64,000 nt of DNA, from positions 7,394,066-7,458,065 of the forward strand of contig MU058213.1 in NCBI GenBank assembly GCA_013265495.1, read 5' to 3'. This document shows, one piece after another, positions 11,747-24,896 of this stretch; positions within the stretch are counted from its first letter, which is position 1; each line of letters starts with the position of its first letter. The notes beneath the pieces were generated by a model, which searched no databases, was not told the origin of the DNA, and saw only the letters and a list, made by a program, of their open reading frames with translations. The DNA comes from Vicugna vicugna (taxonomy: Eukaryota). Both the position numbers and the translations under genes were made by a program.

Positions 11747-13920
11747 TCTACTTATATAAGGATACTTGAGCAGAGTGACAAGTTGGGAATAATGATGAAT
11801 TTTAGATGAGAATACGGCAGAACTTCACTTGATTCAGTGTGAGGTAGTCCCAGCCTAGCCGTTATACCAAGAGGGTGGGTTCCAGAAGTTTTCTAAGTCT
11901 GGCATTGCAAGGTGAGCACACTTAATGATGATCTGACAATATAAGAAATTTTATGATGAAGCTTTACTTCTGTATTAATACAGGTGAATCATGGCCAGTA
12001 GGTGGGTGCTTTGGCCACATGCAGAATGTTCCAAGCTGGCTCTTCTCTCTTGGGTTACAAGTTAACCCAACCTTCTAGAATTCTTCCTCCTAAGTAAGAC
12101 CTCTGGGACAGTTCGATCATGAAAGACTAGCTTAAGCACTAGGAGAATCTGTGACAATGGGACCCATACTGGTCATTTTATTCATTAGAAATGTGACTTA
12201 AGAGAAACACATCAATGGAATCTCAGGTAAAGCAATTTAGGGCAATAAAAACATATTCTTCTAAATGATACTGTCCCCCAGTGGCTCCCCTAATGAAAAT
12301 GAGAACATTTTCCCATCTCTCAAATCACCCCAATTAGATACAGGATTAGGTAACGTCCACAAATCAGGCCATGGAAACTTCTTTGATTTAGAGATACCAG
12401 TCAGAACTCCTTTCTGGGGGAGGGGGATGGTGGTGTGTATGTACGTGTGACGGCGTAAGAGCTTTTCCTTCTCCAACCTGAAAAGCCATAGGCTGAGCTG
12501 CCTTTCAGAGCAGATTCCACTTTGATCGCACTTTGCTGTGCGAATCTGCAGCACGAAGTGAAGACAGCTCCTCTCGCCGCGTTATTAAATGCTCCCACCT
12601 GACAAAGGAAAAAGGCTGAGAGAGGCTACCAGAGAAGGCGTTTTTATCAAAAATCAACTGCAGAGTCCCCAAGGCTCTCCTAGGTTCACCCTGTTGTCAC
12701 TGAGCTTTGTTAATAGACGCATAATGGGAGAAGAATTATTGTGAAGCTGAGAAAACCAGGATTAAAATTCACGTGAAGAGATGGACTTTACATTAGTGGC
12801 AAAGGACCTTTATTCTCCTAGTATAATAATTCCAAAGTGCTTTTTGACCTTGGAAGAAAACAAAAATCAGTGTTAAGATGGAATTGGTTAGGTCATCGCC
12901 TAAGGAGGCATAAAAGGCCATCAGGAAATAAATTAAAATTAAAATTAAAATAGATTCTTTTACTGGGTCACAGCTCATCCTCTCATTTACAAGCAAGGTT
13001 TCCACTCAAGGAATTGCTACTGCAGGGGATGATTTTGCTCCTCGGGCTCCGGCTCAAGAAAAAGTTACAAACAAAAAGGAGAGACGAAGGTGCACATAAA
13101 ACTTAAAAGACAGAGGATTCCAAGGGCCAGCAGGCAGAAACCACGGCTGTGGGCAGCTACTTACGACGTGGACAAGAGTTGTGACGTCAGTGGTCCCTGT
13201 GAGGTTCAGGAAACAGACTTACATTCCAGACCAGACAAACACAGCAACGTCACGTGTTCTGACCCTGAACAAGTAAATGTCCTTTCCTTTTTGTACCTTA
13301 AGAGTCAGTAAGTAATCTAGGGTTATCAGAACATCTACTTCCCACCTTGTTTAACATGTCAGGATCACTTTTTTCTCCATGGATCAGACAAACACAGGAT
13401 ATTTCCCTTGACGGAATACACCCTCCATTCTTGGAAGGATTGGCCAGTTCTCTTCTCTAGCAGGTAGTTTTCTCCTTCGCATTTAAAGAGATGCCAGCGG
13501 TAATTGAAAATGTGTCTCTTTCCTTTTTATTCAATAGATTTGATGATCTGGTTTATAAAACCTTGTGCTGATAATGCAAACCAATGGTGTCTCAGAGGTC
13601 ACTCTGAAAAAAATTACTCGTTCTGCAGCTTTAGAATGGTATACAAGTATTCTTACATTTTCTGGGGGAAACTCTGAGTTAGATCTTTACAAATTTTAAA
13701 GCCAGCAGTCCTAAAACTGAGCTTCAGAATACACACGGTAAATTGTCAGGCATCAAGAAGCCCTCTGAGCTGTCGCATTGGTTTCCAAAACAATATAGTA
13801 AAATGTCATAACCTCTTTTCAAATAATAAACATCTGTTCTTCCTTATAGCTGTTAACAATGAAAAATTATTTTTCCCATATTCAAATGTGCAAGAGCAGT
13901 CATAAAATCATGCATGTATA

Positions 13921-13948
13921 CACACACACACAAACACACACACACACT
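13921..13948. repeat. Interrupted (CA)n microsatellite
   Basis: cacacacacacaaacacacacacacac. Confidence 0.85.
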
Positions 13949-13959
13949 TAAAGTCTATA

Positions 13960-14330
13960 GATACTAACTCAGCACACAGTACATACCAATCACTGTGCTA
14001 AGCCCAAGAGATACAAAGACAATTAACGCATATCTAGCGGGAGAAACATAATAGAATAAGCAACATAATAGAATAAGCAACAAATAGAGTAACAGCTATT
14101 CTACAATATATTTTCTGTACTGTCACCTTAATAATGTGCTGTGGGGGCAGAGCTGCAGTGACCAATGTAACGGAGCGGGGGGGGGGGGCGGTGTTGCAGA
14201 AGGCTTTGCATGGAAATTGCAGCTTGGGTTGGCCTTGGGTGGAGCAGTAAGACTTCCACATATACAGAATGTGGCAAAGGACATTTCAGGGCAAACAAAT
14301 TACAGTAGAAGCAAAGGCACTGAGGCAGAC
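13960..14330 (-). mobile_element. Degenerate L2 fragment containing a 17-bp tandem duplication (14045-14078) and a G12 run (14177-14188)
   Basis: cactgtgctaagcccaagagatacaaag...ctagcgggaga; aacataatagaataagc occurs twice in tandem. Confidence 0.55.
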
Positions 14331-15107
14331 CCACCCGCAGAGGCTTCTAGCAGCGAGTTACTGAGGGTAGCAAAAACTGCACAGAAGTCAAGGAAAGAGA
14401 AAAGGAAAGAGCCTTGTTTGCCATACTCAGACGTTCAGACTCCTCAGGCCACGGAGAACCCTAGAAGGTGATTATGGAGGTGGAATAAGAAGATTCTGCT
14501 GACAGTGGAATTCCATTACAGACAGAGTTTTTCTTTTTCTTTTCTTTTCATCTAGGGAAGGAAGGAGCAGGTACTGCTGAATGTAAAGGTAGTAATTTCT
14601 AATACACCTGGTCTCAGAGAACAGAATTTAGCCAAGGCAGGTTCTCAGCCCAACCCCAGCACCCAGCCCCAGCCCCACGAGACAAGACCCTGATCTCTCC
14701 ACTGAAGGATTCATGACAGCCCCGCGTCCTACTGCCGTTCTGCGATCACACAGCAGTGCCAGAGCAGTGCCGAGCCGCATCCTGAGCGCTCTGCTCTGCA
14801 GACTTACTGCCTGACGAGCCTTAAAGTTAGAAAGATATTTCCAACTGAATCTGTCACTAACAGCTTTCTATGGTTTGTTGTTTCTAGTCACCTGGCCACT
14901 GGCAGACCAAGTCTGAAGCACATGGTTCCATGGTGGGCCTTCCTGACAACTGCTTTATCATTCTTGAAGTTAAACACACCAGCATATCAAAACTCCTTCA
15001 AGCCAGAGAGCCAAGCTGATGATGTCAGCAACAAAAAAGTGATTTTTCTAATTGCCTACATTTATCAGAAGTCTTTGAATTTACGGCTAGCAAAAAATAC
15101 AACATTA

Positions 15108-15177
15108 ATTTTTTTTAATTGGAGTATAGTCGGTTTACAATGGTGTGTTAACTTCTGGTATATAAGAGTAATTCACA
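15108..15177 (-). mobile_element. Short L1 3' tail (cetartiodactyl/camelid type)
   Basis: ttttttttaattggagtatagtcggtttacaatggtgtgttaacttctggt. Confidence 0.75.
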
Positions 15178-16844
15178 ACACTGAGGTTTTTTTTTTATTA
15201 CTATTTGATTCTCCTTCACAACAGTCCCTTATGGCAGGAAAGGGGTTAGTCTGCAGACAGGAAACACATCTAGGACCAAAAAAATAAAATAATTGGAAAT
15301 CATTGTTTTAATGGAGTCGGGGGCAGAGTGAGCGACAGCATTGCTCGGCCGAGGCTCTCCCGGGGAAGCCCGGCAGCCTTCTTCCCACCACAGCCTTAAA
15401 CATCCTAAATCGACGTAGGTCAACTCAATTCCTGAGCCCAAATGACAATCTAAACTAGCAGGAATGCCTTGCACGGGGTTTTAAGTGACATAATCAGCCG
15501 GAGAGGGACTTGTGTCAGTTAAGACTTTCTCTCCTTCAAAATCAAGAGTAACAGTGGTAAGAGAGAAGTTTTTAACAAGGAGGAAAACCCTAGACAGTTG
15601 TCCCTAAGAGTCTTCACCACAGCTTCAAGGACAACCAGGAAAAGAGCTGCTATTTGAGGCAACTTCATTATAAAATCATTTTTAATAAGCAATCTTAACA
15701 AAGAGAGGGAATACTCTTGTGGAGAGAACCTCCAGGGACCCGGAGGCTGCCCAGTTAAGTTATTAGTCAGTTTCACACAAGGGACCAAACAGCTATTTCA
15801 TTGGCCTCGGGGGACAGAGTTTAGTTTCCACCTGTTCTCCAGAGGCCCTGGTGTTATCCTGTCTACTAACAGCAGAGACTGGTAACAATCAATTATCCTG
15901 ACGCCCCAACCTGGTGAGGGAAAGTGAAGCTGCCATTTTGTCGACACACAAAGACATCGCGTAGAGAGCCAGAGAAATTAACGTGATCTGGCTTACCACG
16001 CGCTGAAGACTTTCCTGAACGTGCAGCCAGCGAAAAGGCCTCATCTGGACCTTACTGTTCTTTTTAGTGAAACAACAGCAGCCCATTCTGGGACAATTAA
16101 AAATAGCAACAGAGAGAAAGGGGCGTATTATCATCTCCTGACTGTCTCGTCCTGCTATGGGAGGAAAATCATGCTTCTGAAAAAAGAAAACTAATCAATG
16201 CAGTTTACTGTGGCTACCGAAGGTGTGAGCAAGATTTGGAATCTGGGCTTTGAATTTTTATAAAGCTTTGTGTGGCTGAGTTTAAAAGGGCTGGAAAGAC
16301 ACAGGCTCCTGGCGTATCACGGTCGCCTCCAGCCAATTAGCAGCAGGAATGAAAGGAAGCAAAAAGAACCATTAGCCACGCAATTCAAAGTGCAGATGTA
16401 TTTTTCAAGTCTCACTGCTTGCTTCGTTCCTCTGATTTTAATGAAAAAGCAAGAACTGGTCTTACAATTAGATCTTAAAACTGGGAAGATGGAGAAAAAA
16501 AAATGAAACACTCTTTTTCTTTAATAATTAGAACAGCCTTCTCTTTTTGGACTAGATCTTTCCTGCTCAATAAGCACTTTTTCTACACAGGTGATCAGAA
16601 GGAAAGGCCTGGAAAGAACCTCCATTCGAGAATAAGAGTTTTGTCTGAGTTCAGAGAAGCGACCGAAGAACGGAACACGCGAATCGTACAACGCTCACTA
16701 AATGACAATAAAAACAATGTTTAGAATCCAGCGTATTTTCCCCACCCATTCTGTGCCTTCCCATAGGTTATAAGATAAAGCCCCAAACTGTCTCTCTGTG
16801 CTTCACGTCCTCTCTTTTTCTTTCTTTTTTTGGGGTGTGTGTTT

Positions 16845-16958
16845 TATTTTTTTTTACTTTTTGAAACTTTTTAAAAATTGAAGCAGAGTCAGCTTACAAT
16901 GGTGTGTCAATTTCTGGTGCCAGCATGAAAAACATTTCTGGTGTTTCAGTCGTACATG
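16845..16958 (-). mobile_element. Short L1 3' tail (camelid type)
   Basis: aattgaagcagagtcagcttacaatggtgtgtcaatttctggtg after a T-rich tail. Confidence 0.75.
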
Positions 16959-17009
16959 TTAACACTCTGCCCTAGTCAGACGGGTCTGCATAATCATTCC
17001 CCCCAGCCC

Positions 17010-17295
17010 TCCATCCGTCTGCCTGGTCACACCTGATCCTTGTGACCCTTCTAGACTCAGCTCAGCTCACCACCAGTGTTCCCCACTCACACAGACAGTC
17101 GAGAGGAATCACAGCCCTGCATTCTCCTGCCATTCTTTTATTACGAAAAGTTCCTCAAGTGGTCTGCCCTTTCCCCTCAGATGTAGACTAAATCACTGGA
17201 GAGTGAGGAGTATGAGTTAAGCTTCCTCTGTTACACTGTGCCTAACACAGTGCTAGGCACCCAGTAAGGGTTAGAAATATTAAGCTAATCAAATC
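17010..17295 (+). mobile_element. L2 3' fragment
   Basis: gactcagctcagctcacc...tgcctaacacagtgctaggcacccagtaag. Confidence 0.65.
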
Positions 17296-18694
17296 TTTCG
17301 GACTCCAGCCGCCCCACGCTCTTTTTACAGGGATTGACTATGGTCTGCTTTCCAGCCTTTCTTCCTTAGACCCCAGTATTATAGGTATCTGGATCATCCA
17401 CCATATAATCTCCCCCCCCCAAAAGTTAAAATAAAAGATTCATGGATTAAGTCTCTTTCATGGAATCCAAACCTTAATCTTGGACAATCTGGCATTTTCT
17501 GCTCTTTATATGCCCTCTAATCATTATGCTTGGCTTTTAACCATCTAAGATATTAGGAGTCCATGCCTAGGAGATTAACGAAGTAAAACAAGGAGAAAGA
17601 GCTACCACTCCTACACGGGAAAAATGTTTATCCAGAGCTGGAGGTGAAGTGGGTGGGTGGGGAACAGTTCACTGTGAAGGCTCGTGGGCAGTCACAGGAA
17701 GAGGGGTCACTGAATAGCATGGTAATCAGAACCTTAGTCACCATTTGTGCAGGTATGGCCACCAACAAGAATCAACAGGACCACGTGGCTACAAATACAC
17801 TAACCTCCGGGAAGGGTAACTGACAGTGTAAAAACTCTCATGCAATTCATAAGAAAGTTAAGGTAGACCAGTAACTTTCTTCATGTTTCAACTACTTCGG
17901 CACCTCTGCTTCTCTAAATTTTTAGTCCTTTGGACGCAAATCTCAATTAAGAGAGAAGCTGGTATACCTGTCAGTCCAATCCTAAATTCAGGTACTCTTA
18001 AGCATACTCAAAACAGATGTTTAATTCTCTTATGTATCCTTTCGATACATATTTCAGTTCCCTAAGGATTCTTTTAGCTTTCATAGTTTTGTTTTTGGTT
18101 AGGTTTCACAGCATCTTGAATCATACTATCTCTTAGCAGCCATGAAAGTTATATGTGAATTATCAAGTTGATCTGATAAAAAACTACTCATGTACAATTT
18201 TATTATAAATGTCATTAGTGTCTGTTAAAGGCTTTGTTGCAGTGGGAAGAGGGTTCGTGCTATAAGAAATGCGTATTACTCCTGGTGAGGAAGAACACGG
18301 CTATCTTAGACGCAAAAGTTGCCATTTTGAACTATTGTTTTCTTGTGCAATCAGTTGAGTTGTATAAACAATGGTGTTCACTGGATGTCAGTTCTTTGAT
18401 GAATTAGGTTCGCTTGTTAAAAAAAGATAAGTCATGATCATTTTAAAGTAAGAAGGCTGTGTTGTTTTCAGGAGGCCAACTGGTTTAAATGAATTTTTTT
18501 CATACTGTGGAATAATACACCCCTTTCTTATAATCAGTTCGTTCACCAAGCTGACAAGCCTTTAATAGGTAAAACAGTTTTAAGATAAAAGATCTAAATC
18601 AGTTGGAGGAATGACTGTTACACTTGGCTTTCTTCCTGTATTTTAGGGTGGAAGGACCACTCTTAGGCATGAAGTTCTTTACCATAGAAGCACG

Positions 18695-18885
18695 TAGGCT
18701 GTGTGAGTTGGCTTTAAATCCTAGCTTGACCACATACTAGCTAGTTGTAGAACCCTGAGCCTCAGTTCTCCCTGGTAGAGTAGCAATAGTAGCAATCTCA
18801 CAAGATTATGGTAAAGATTAAGTAACTTAATATTTCTAAAGTGCTTAGAACACTGGCCAGCATGCAGTTAAGTCCTCCACAACTA
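18695..18885 (+). mobile_element. MIR SINE
   Basis: tttaaatcctagct...ctgagcctcagtt...aagattaag...aaagtgcttagaacac. Confidence 0.75.
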
Positions 18886-18934
18886 GTGCCTGATGCTGAT
18901 ACTGGAGGTAATGGTGCGGTGCTGGTGTGCAGGC

Positions 18935-19135
18935 AAGGAGTCACTCTGCTCTTGAGCCCTGGCTCTGCCCATTTCCAGCCGGAAGAGTCTGCAAGTTTTC
19001 TCTCGCTTCTGATCTCTCAGACAAGTTTTCTCATCTACATAGTGGGGGGTATTGGTACAAAGCTCATGGGGCCAATGAGAAGATTAAATGAGATCACGCA
19101 TGTAAAGCGCTAGAAACAATGCCTGGAATGTTAGA
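18935..19135 (+). mobile_element. MIR SINE (second, adjacent copy)
   Basis: agttttctcatctaca...gattaaatgagatcacgcatgtaaagcgctagaaacaatgcctgg. Confidence 0.75.
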
Positions 19136-20059
19136 ACTGCTGGTGGGGCGCAGTGCCTGCTCCTGCTGCTCCACGATGACTGCTGGTACCTCTCCTATGG
19201 CCATTGTTATCACTATCACTGAACCGGACATACTGCGAGATTCTCTGACAGACGGCCAGCCCTTCTTTAAAAAGCAATCCAATCCTGTACAGGAATTTTA
19301 TTAAATAGATAATAAATCCATCAAATAGACATGGGTACCTGGTAGGCTGGGCATTCTTGTTTTTCCATAGTGATCATGGATTTTTTAAGAGTACACCCTT
19401 CTGGACCTATGCTATGAAATGGGAACACAAATACTTTTTGTCCCAATTCAATTCGTGAATCTGAGGTCCACTGACAGCAAACTTGAACCAACTGGATGCT
19501 CTAATGGGAACACTTAGTTAAATATTCAGATTTTTCAATGGAATTCACAGATCCCTACTATGAACTGTGGGTTTTAAGACTAGGCAGATCTTCTACCTTG
19601 GAAGAACTCAGTGGCAGGGTCAGATGTGGTCCATTTATATCTTAATATGATGAGACAGAGAAATCCTGTTAAGTTCAGAGGACTTAGCTCTAGACACACA
19701 AGCTGAATGTAAACAAACGCCCCCAACAGTACGGAGGGATTCTACGTCCTTGGACTGACTGATACGAAAGGGACGAGCCAGTCATTCCTCTGGGTGAGAA
19801 CAGGTGGGGAGGAGGAGCAGAGGCAGTTTTTAGTACCCAGGGCTAATATTTACCTTTTCTCTCATTGCTACTGGGTGTTGGATCTCAGTGTCAGAAGCCT
19901 GGCGGTCTCTCTAATTCTCCTCCTCTCCCACCTCTCCAACTCAGCCTGCTTTCCAGTTATGAGCTAACTCTTCTGAAAATGGTACACTGAGCATGTATGT
20001 TCTCAGATTGTTTCCTGTGACTATGTGTCCTCACTCTCTTGGTAGTCCCAACCTTGAAC

Positions 20060-20125
20060 TTAGCCTCTAAGCTCCTTGAGGGCAAAAGCCTGTTGGCGCA
20101 TAGTAGGTCCTCAACCAACAGTTGC
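20060..20125 (+). mobile_element. L2 3' end fragment
   Basis: taagctccttgagggca...ggcgcatagtaggtcctcaa. Confidence 0.65.
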
Positions 20126-23100
20126 CCACCAATTATCCCTCCAAGGGACCAGCACCTGTACTTTAATCATGTCTCACCATCCACAAGCTTAATGTCTGGG
20201 ATGGCCGGTGGCCTCAGCCCGCTAAGAAATGAAACTTCTGGCAACTTCGAGAACACTGAGTCTTCCTTTCCTTGCCTGTCTGTCAACGGGTGGACAGGAT
20301 CTGGGCGAACGCTGACTGAAAGGACTTCAGTGTGGCTTCTTCTCAGGTCTGTCCTAATGAAACATCCAGCCAGCAACTGAAATTAGAATTGCCGTGAGTC
20401 ACACCGTGAGTCACATGGGTTGTCACAGCAACTTATGAACTATATAACCAAAGCACCTTCCATTAGCTTTGCCAAGAGTGGTTCTTGAGTTTTCCTGGAC
20501 TGGGGAAAAAAAATGTGGGTGAGCCCCAAGTTTGGGGTTGCTAAGAGTCTACAACCAAAAGGAATAGCCTCAAGGAAAGGAAAAGAAAATGAGAAAATAA
20601 GGTGATTCTAGACCTCCCAAGTAAATGGCAACAATAGTGACAAACTGTTGGGTTGGTTTTGCAATAGCAACGAATATCCAACGAGAGGAGGTTGAGGCCT
20701 CCAAACTAATTTTCTCTAAGTCAAATTCAAAGCCAAGCCTCTAGGGGTGAGAAGTGAATACATTAACCTAGTCCACTTTAAACGATGGCAAGAATTTTTT
20801 TTTTTTAAAGACACAAAGGATTTGTTCTGAAAGAAATATTCTGATTTGTACTAAAATATTTTTACTATTGAGAGCTAAAATCTCTTTAGAAATAATACGG
20901 GTCTTTAATTTTATGTTTCAGGCATCAGCCTGCTGCCACCAAATATTTGCAAATGTACAAAATTCCCTTTTCACGGTTATTCGGGTTAAAATTAAAAATT
21001 TCAGAAGGTTCAAAAGCATACTTTTTTTTGGTTATTTATTAGGGGAAACTGACATTCCATTGGATTAAGCTGACACGCTTTCCTGACTGCTTGCTGAGGA
21101 ACCTGTGATTTTTGCATGTTGGGGAGTGCCTGTTTCTGAGTGTGGAAGAAAGCAAACTTAAACAAGAAGAGTAAGGAATATAAACAAGGATGCGAACAGG
21201 AGGAAGCAACCATGGTCTGTTGACTCTGGAAGCACTCCAGGTGCGAACCAGGTATCCGTCGGGTCTGGGCTGTGATGGCTTGCTGGTGTATCCCCTAGGG
21301 TGATGACTCTGCATTGCTAAATTGCCAGTCGCGAGAAATAACCAAGATTTTCTTCTGTTACAATGTATACTTTTTCACCTCCATATTTGTCATCTTTTAA
21401 CATTTTAGTGAATACAGAACTACCCAAGCAGAATTAGATTAGTCAGGAGCAAATGAACAGTTGTCCTTGGCAAATATAAAAACCAAGAGAGCAGATGATT
21501 CCAAGAAAAAGATACTTATCTACATGGTACTTTTTCAGCAGGGAAGGGACCAGAACCGACTCACGAATCATCAAAACAAAAGCATTCTGGAAAGTGTCTG
21601 TCCAAGTACACGTGCTATAGAATCAACCACGAAAATTAAACTGAAATTCTACAGCACAGAGTAAAAATTTCTCTAGTCCCGCTCCCACAGGCAAAAACTT
21701 CCTTTTCTATTCCCACACCAAAACCCAGTGGCAACATCTCCTGTCAGCAACTGAAGTACATCACAAATGAAAGAATTCCTTGACCCATCTGCCATGAGGA
21801 CATGTGCTAGATGCCCCCCAAACTCTGCCTCCCCCCCGCCCCCCGCCAAGTAAAGTTCAGAACACACACTGAAGGTACCATCCTAGGAACTCCGCAGAAT
21901 CTGGTTTCTCCCAAGACCACGCGTGTGGATTTCTCTGAAGCGAACAATCAGATTTCCTTTCCTGGGAACTTCCAGCTTAACTCACCCCAAACATCTTTTT
22001 CTTAAAGAAGCAATACCTGTGCTTTCCAGATAACAAGGTGGCCTAAAATATTATCAAATGTCACAACCTATTCAAGTTCATTTTGTAGTTCTTGTGCCTC
22101 TGACTGGTGTACCTGTGAGCTGACACTCTGGTCTGATAGTATATTCGGCAACCGTACATGTTAATTTGTAAGTGGAGCAATCTCTCTGTGAGAGCAGTTA
22201 GGAAAATCAGATTGAAACTGCTAACGTGAGGTGACTTTAGCCAGGGATGATTATGTAGTCAAGCGCTGACCAGGGTTTCCAGAACCCTGGCTAAGAGTGG
22301 AAGGCTTGAGACTGTCCAGAAATGAATTCACCCTCTTCCCTAATAGTGAAACTTTTTGAAGAACAGATGTCAAGATGATTTAAGAGGAGCTGGAATTCAA
22401 CATCTTAAGAAAACTTATCGGCAGGTTGGGACAGTTCAGTTTTCAAGAAAAATCCAACCGATGCTAAAGAAGTCATTTGGGTGACAGTTATTAGAGAAAG
22501 AACTGATTGATTTTCTTCCTCACACGTTGTGGGGCCTGCAGAGATGCTGAGATCTGAAATACGGTGGGCTGTCTGCCGAGTTGTGACAAAAACAGTCTCC
22601 ACGTTTAAGTGGCATGGAAGACTTCACTAACATTCAACCTGGACAATTCAGTTTCTCTTTGGCGAGTGCAAAGATTCATGCCAGCTGTCCATTCAGGAGC
22701 TACCCTTCCCACCTTGTCACCGGACCAGTTGATTTTGGGCCCTGCCCCGCAAACCATGAAAGTAAAAACATCAACCAAAAAACCAAGATGATTTCTGATC
22801 TCCTTCTATCAATTTAATATTTGAACTACATAAAGGAAGCTTTAGATCTTTCTACATTAACGTTATGTTTAATCCCCAATAATTTTCCTGCCGATTTTTA
22901 TCGTTAGAAAGACACTCTGGCTGTGTCTTGATTTTATTTTAAAGCGGGTACAGCTGATAGAGTTCGCTAAGCTTCTATTGAAAGACCAGCCTGGTTATAT
23001 TGCCTGTTATTGGAACGCCTTTTTTTCCTTGCTAGCTACCACTCTCATGCTGCACCTAAATCCTTCCATAAATTTAAATCCAACCACAGGTTATTTTCTG

Positions 23101-24866
23101 TAGTAGGCAATGAAATCCTCCTTAGGGATGACAGTTCCTTAAAGGTCCTGATGGATGGATGGTCTGTATGTTGAGTCACATCTATTGTCTCTGTCTTAGT
23201 AGTTGAGGGGGTACTCTTTGCATGCCATCGAGCAGAACTAGTGGTTTTTATCCACTTATCCAGGAGCCAAGTCATAACCCAAATAGTCAGCGGCTTTCTG
23301 TACAATGTCAGGGGGGCCAGGAGCCCCTACCCCACACCGCCATAAACAGTCATCCGCCCCTGCTCCGGAGAGGCCCAGGGCCGAGCTAGCAGAAAGACTG
23401 AATTACTTACCACCTCTAGAGTGGGTCCCTCCAGGCCAGGGACGAGCTCATGGGCAAGGCTGTGCAAGGAAGCGCTCTGTACCATGCCTGCCCTGCGGAT
23501 ACACAGAGGACTTCAGTCTCCTGCACTGTCAATCTCTCAGTTATCATGAGCTCAATTACGCACCGACAACAGCGAGAACAACAATGACGGAGACAAAACC
23601 ACCCCCAGAAAAGCTGAGGACCACGGGCTGCCCTGGAGGCGGGGCAGCCCGCGGAAGCTGTGCAATGAGATGAGCTGCTGTCCTGACCACACGTCCGTGA
23701 CGGACCTGAGCTTTCCCTCTCTCCTCAAACAAACATCCCGTGGACGGACTGCAGGCCGGGGCCCTAAAAGTCAGGTAACCATCAAATTTGGTGGGGTTTT
23801 TTTTTTGGGGGGGTGCTTTATTTTGTTTGTTTCTTTTCTACAAATACAGAGAGACAGACAGACAAACCCAAGAGCAGATTTCAAGAATCAACTGAGGCAC
23901 AAGGTAGACTGCTTTGATGGAACACAGTTTTTTTCCTCTAAATGGTTCATGTGAAATCAAAAATTTTCAAAGCATAATTAGGAAAAACATGGGGACATGT
24001 CTTTGTCGGCCCTAAACTGTGCCGTAAATGTCCCCATCACTTGCCTTAGAAGGGTGCCCCAATGCATCTTGTAGGTAGCACGTTGTGGTCTCAAATGGTT
24101 ATCGAATTCCAATGACACTATTAATTCAAAGTCTAAATAATACTCTGATCAAGTACAGTGAAGGTTGACTGCTTGCTAACAATGACATATTGGTTTCATC
24201 CTGAGGTTCAAGGCACAGTCAAACATCATTGCTCTGATTGCAAATCACAACATTTCACACTGACGTGAGTTTGTTAACTCATGGTGGAGTTCGAATGAAG
24301 GCACTTGATGAAAGCAGCTGAACCTGAGAGGTGGGAATGACTCCAGAGGATAAACCCAGCGCACAATTCCACATCAAACTACCCATGCCATTTACCAGGG
24401 CCCTCAAAGGCCACACTTCTGGCCGAGCGGCAGTACCTACATTCCCGGTCAGTATCTCTGCTCCACAGACACAAGTACAAAACGGCCTAAGTCGTGAACT
24501 CGTGGTGAGGAGAATGCGACCAAAGTTTAAAAGAAAACAAGGTGATGTTTCCTAGAAACATACCAACTCTTCTAAGAAGGATCCAGAGTAAGGGTGATCA
24601 GTAAGTAATTCATTGATCCTCCTGGCTAGATGTGATGGCTTTTTCTAAAGAGCATTGGCTTGAATCACTAGAGTTCATCAGACTATGTCTGCACTCTCTT
24701 TAACACACACTCAGTACAAACAGGTGGAGATGTGCCACTTCCGACCTCTGTTGACCATGGATGACAGCTGAAACACTAGTTTATACTTGAAAGGTCACAG
24801 CAGCCAGACATATGCGAATTCCAACTCTTCAGAAAACTTTGGACAAAAAAAAAATGCATTACTTAC

Positions 24867-24896
24867 ATGTATGCGTCTTCTTTGTTACTGAGATAC
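24867..24896 (-). CDS. RORA: RORA exon 2 (30-nt coding exon of the ROR-alpha1 isoform), peptide (G)ISVTKKTHT(S)
   Basis: Minus strand reads tttcttacttttgtcattgtttcttctcttctAG|GTATCTCAGTAACAAAGAAGACGCATACAT|GTAAGT: strong polypyrimidine tract, yUnAy branch-like CTTAC about 28 nt upstream, consensus donor. Phase-1 translation matches the recalled ROR-alpha1 sequence ...[23 protein letters not shown]; the paralogue RORC has ELLAAKKTHTS instead. Confidence 0.95.

Larger units (their letters stand above)
1..24866 (-). other. RORA: RORA intron 2 (5' part)
   Basis: Downstream of the exon 2 GTAAGT donor. The next common exon ([13 protein letters not shown]...) was not found in the window. Confidence 0.8.

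Noticed and set aside
11990..12012. CTCF-like motif tggccagtaggtgggtgc
   Set aside because: Mismatch in the core GGC; cannot be supported without ChIP data
12959..12970. RORE-like TTTACTGGGTCA (possible autoregulation)
   Set aside because: Imperfect 5' A/T extension; single half-sites are common by chance
22628..22645. aacattcaacctg resembling the miR-181c 5' end
   Set aside because: Match stops after 13 nt and there is no complementary arm
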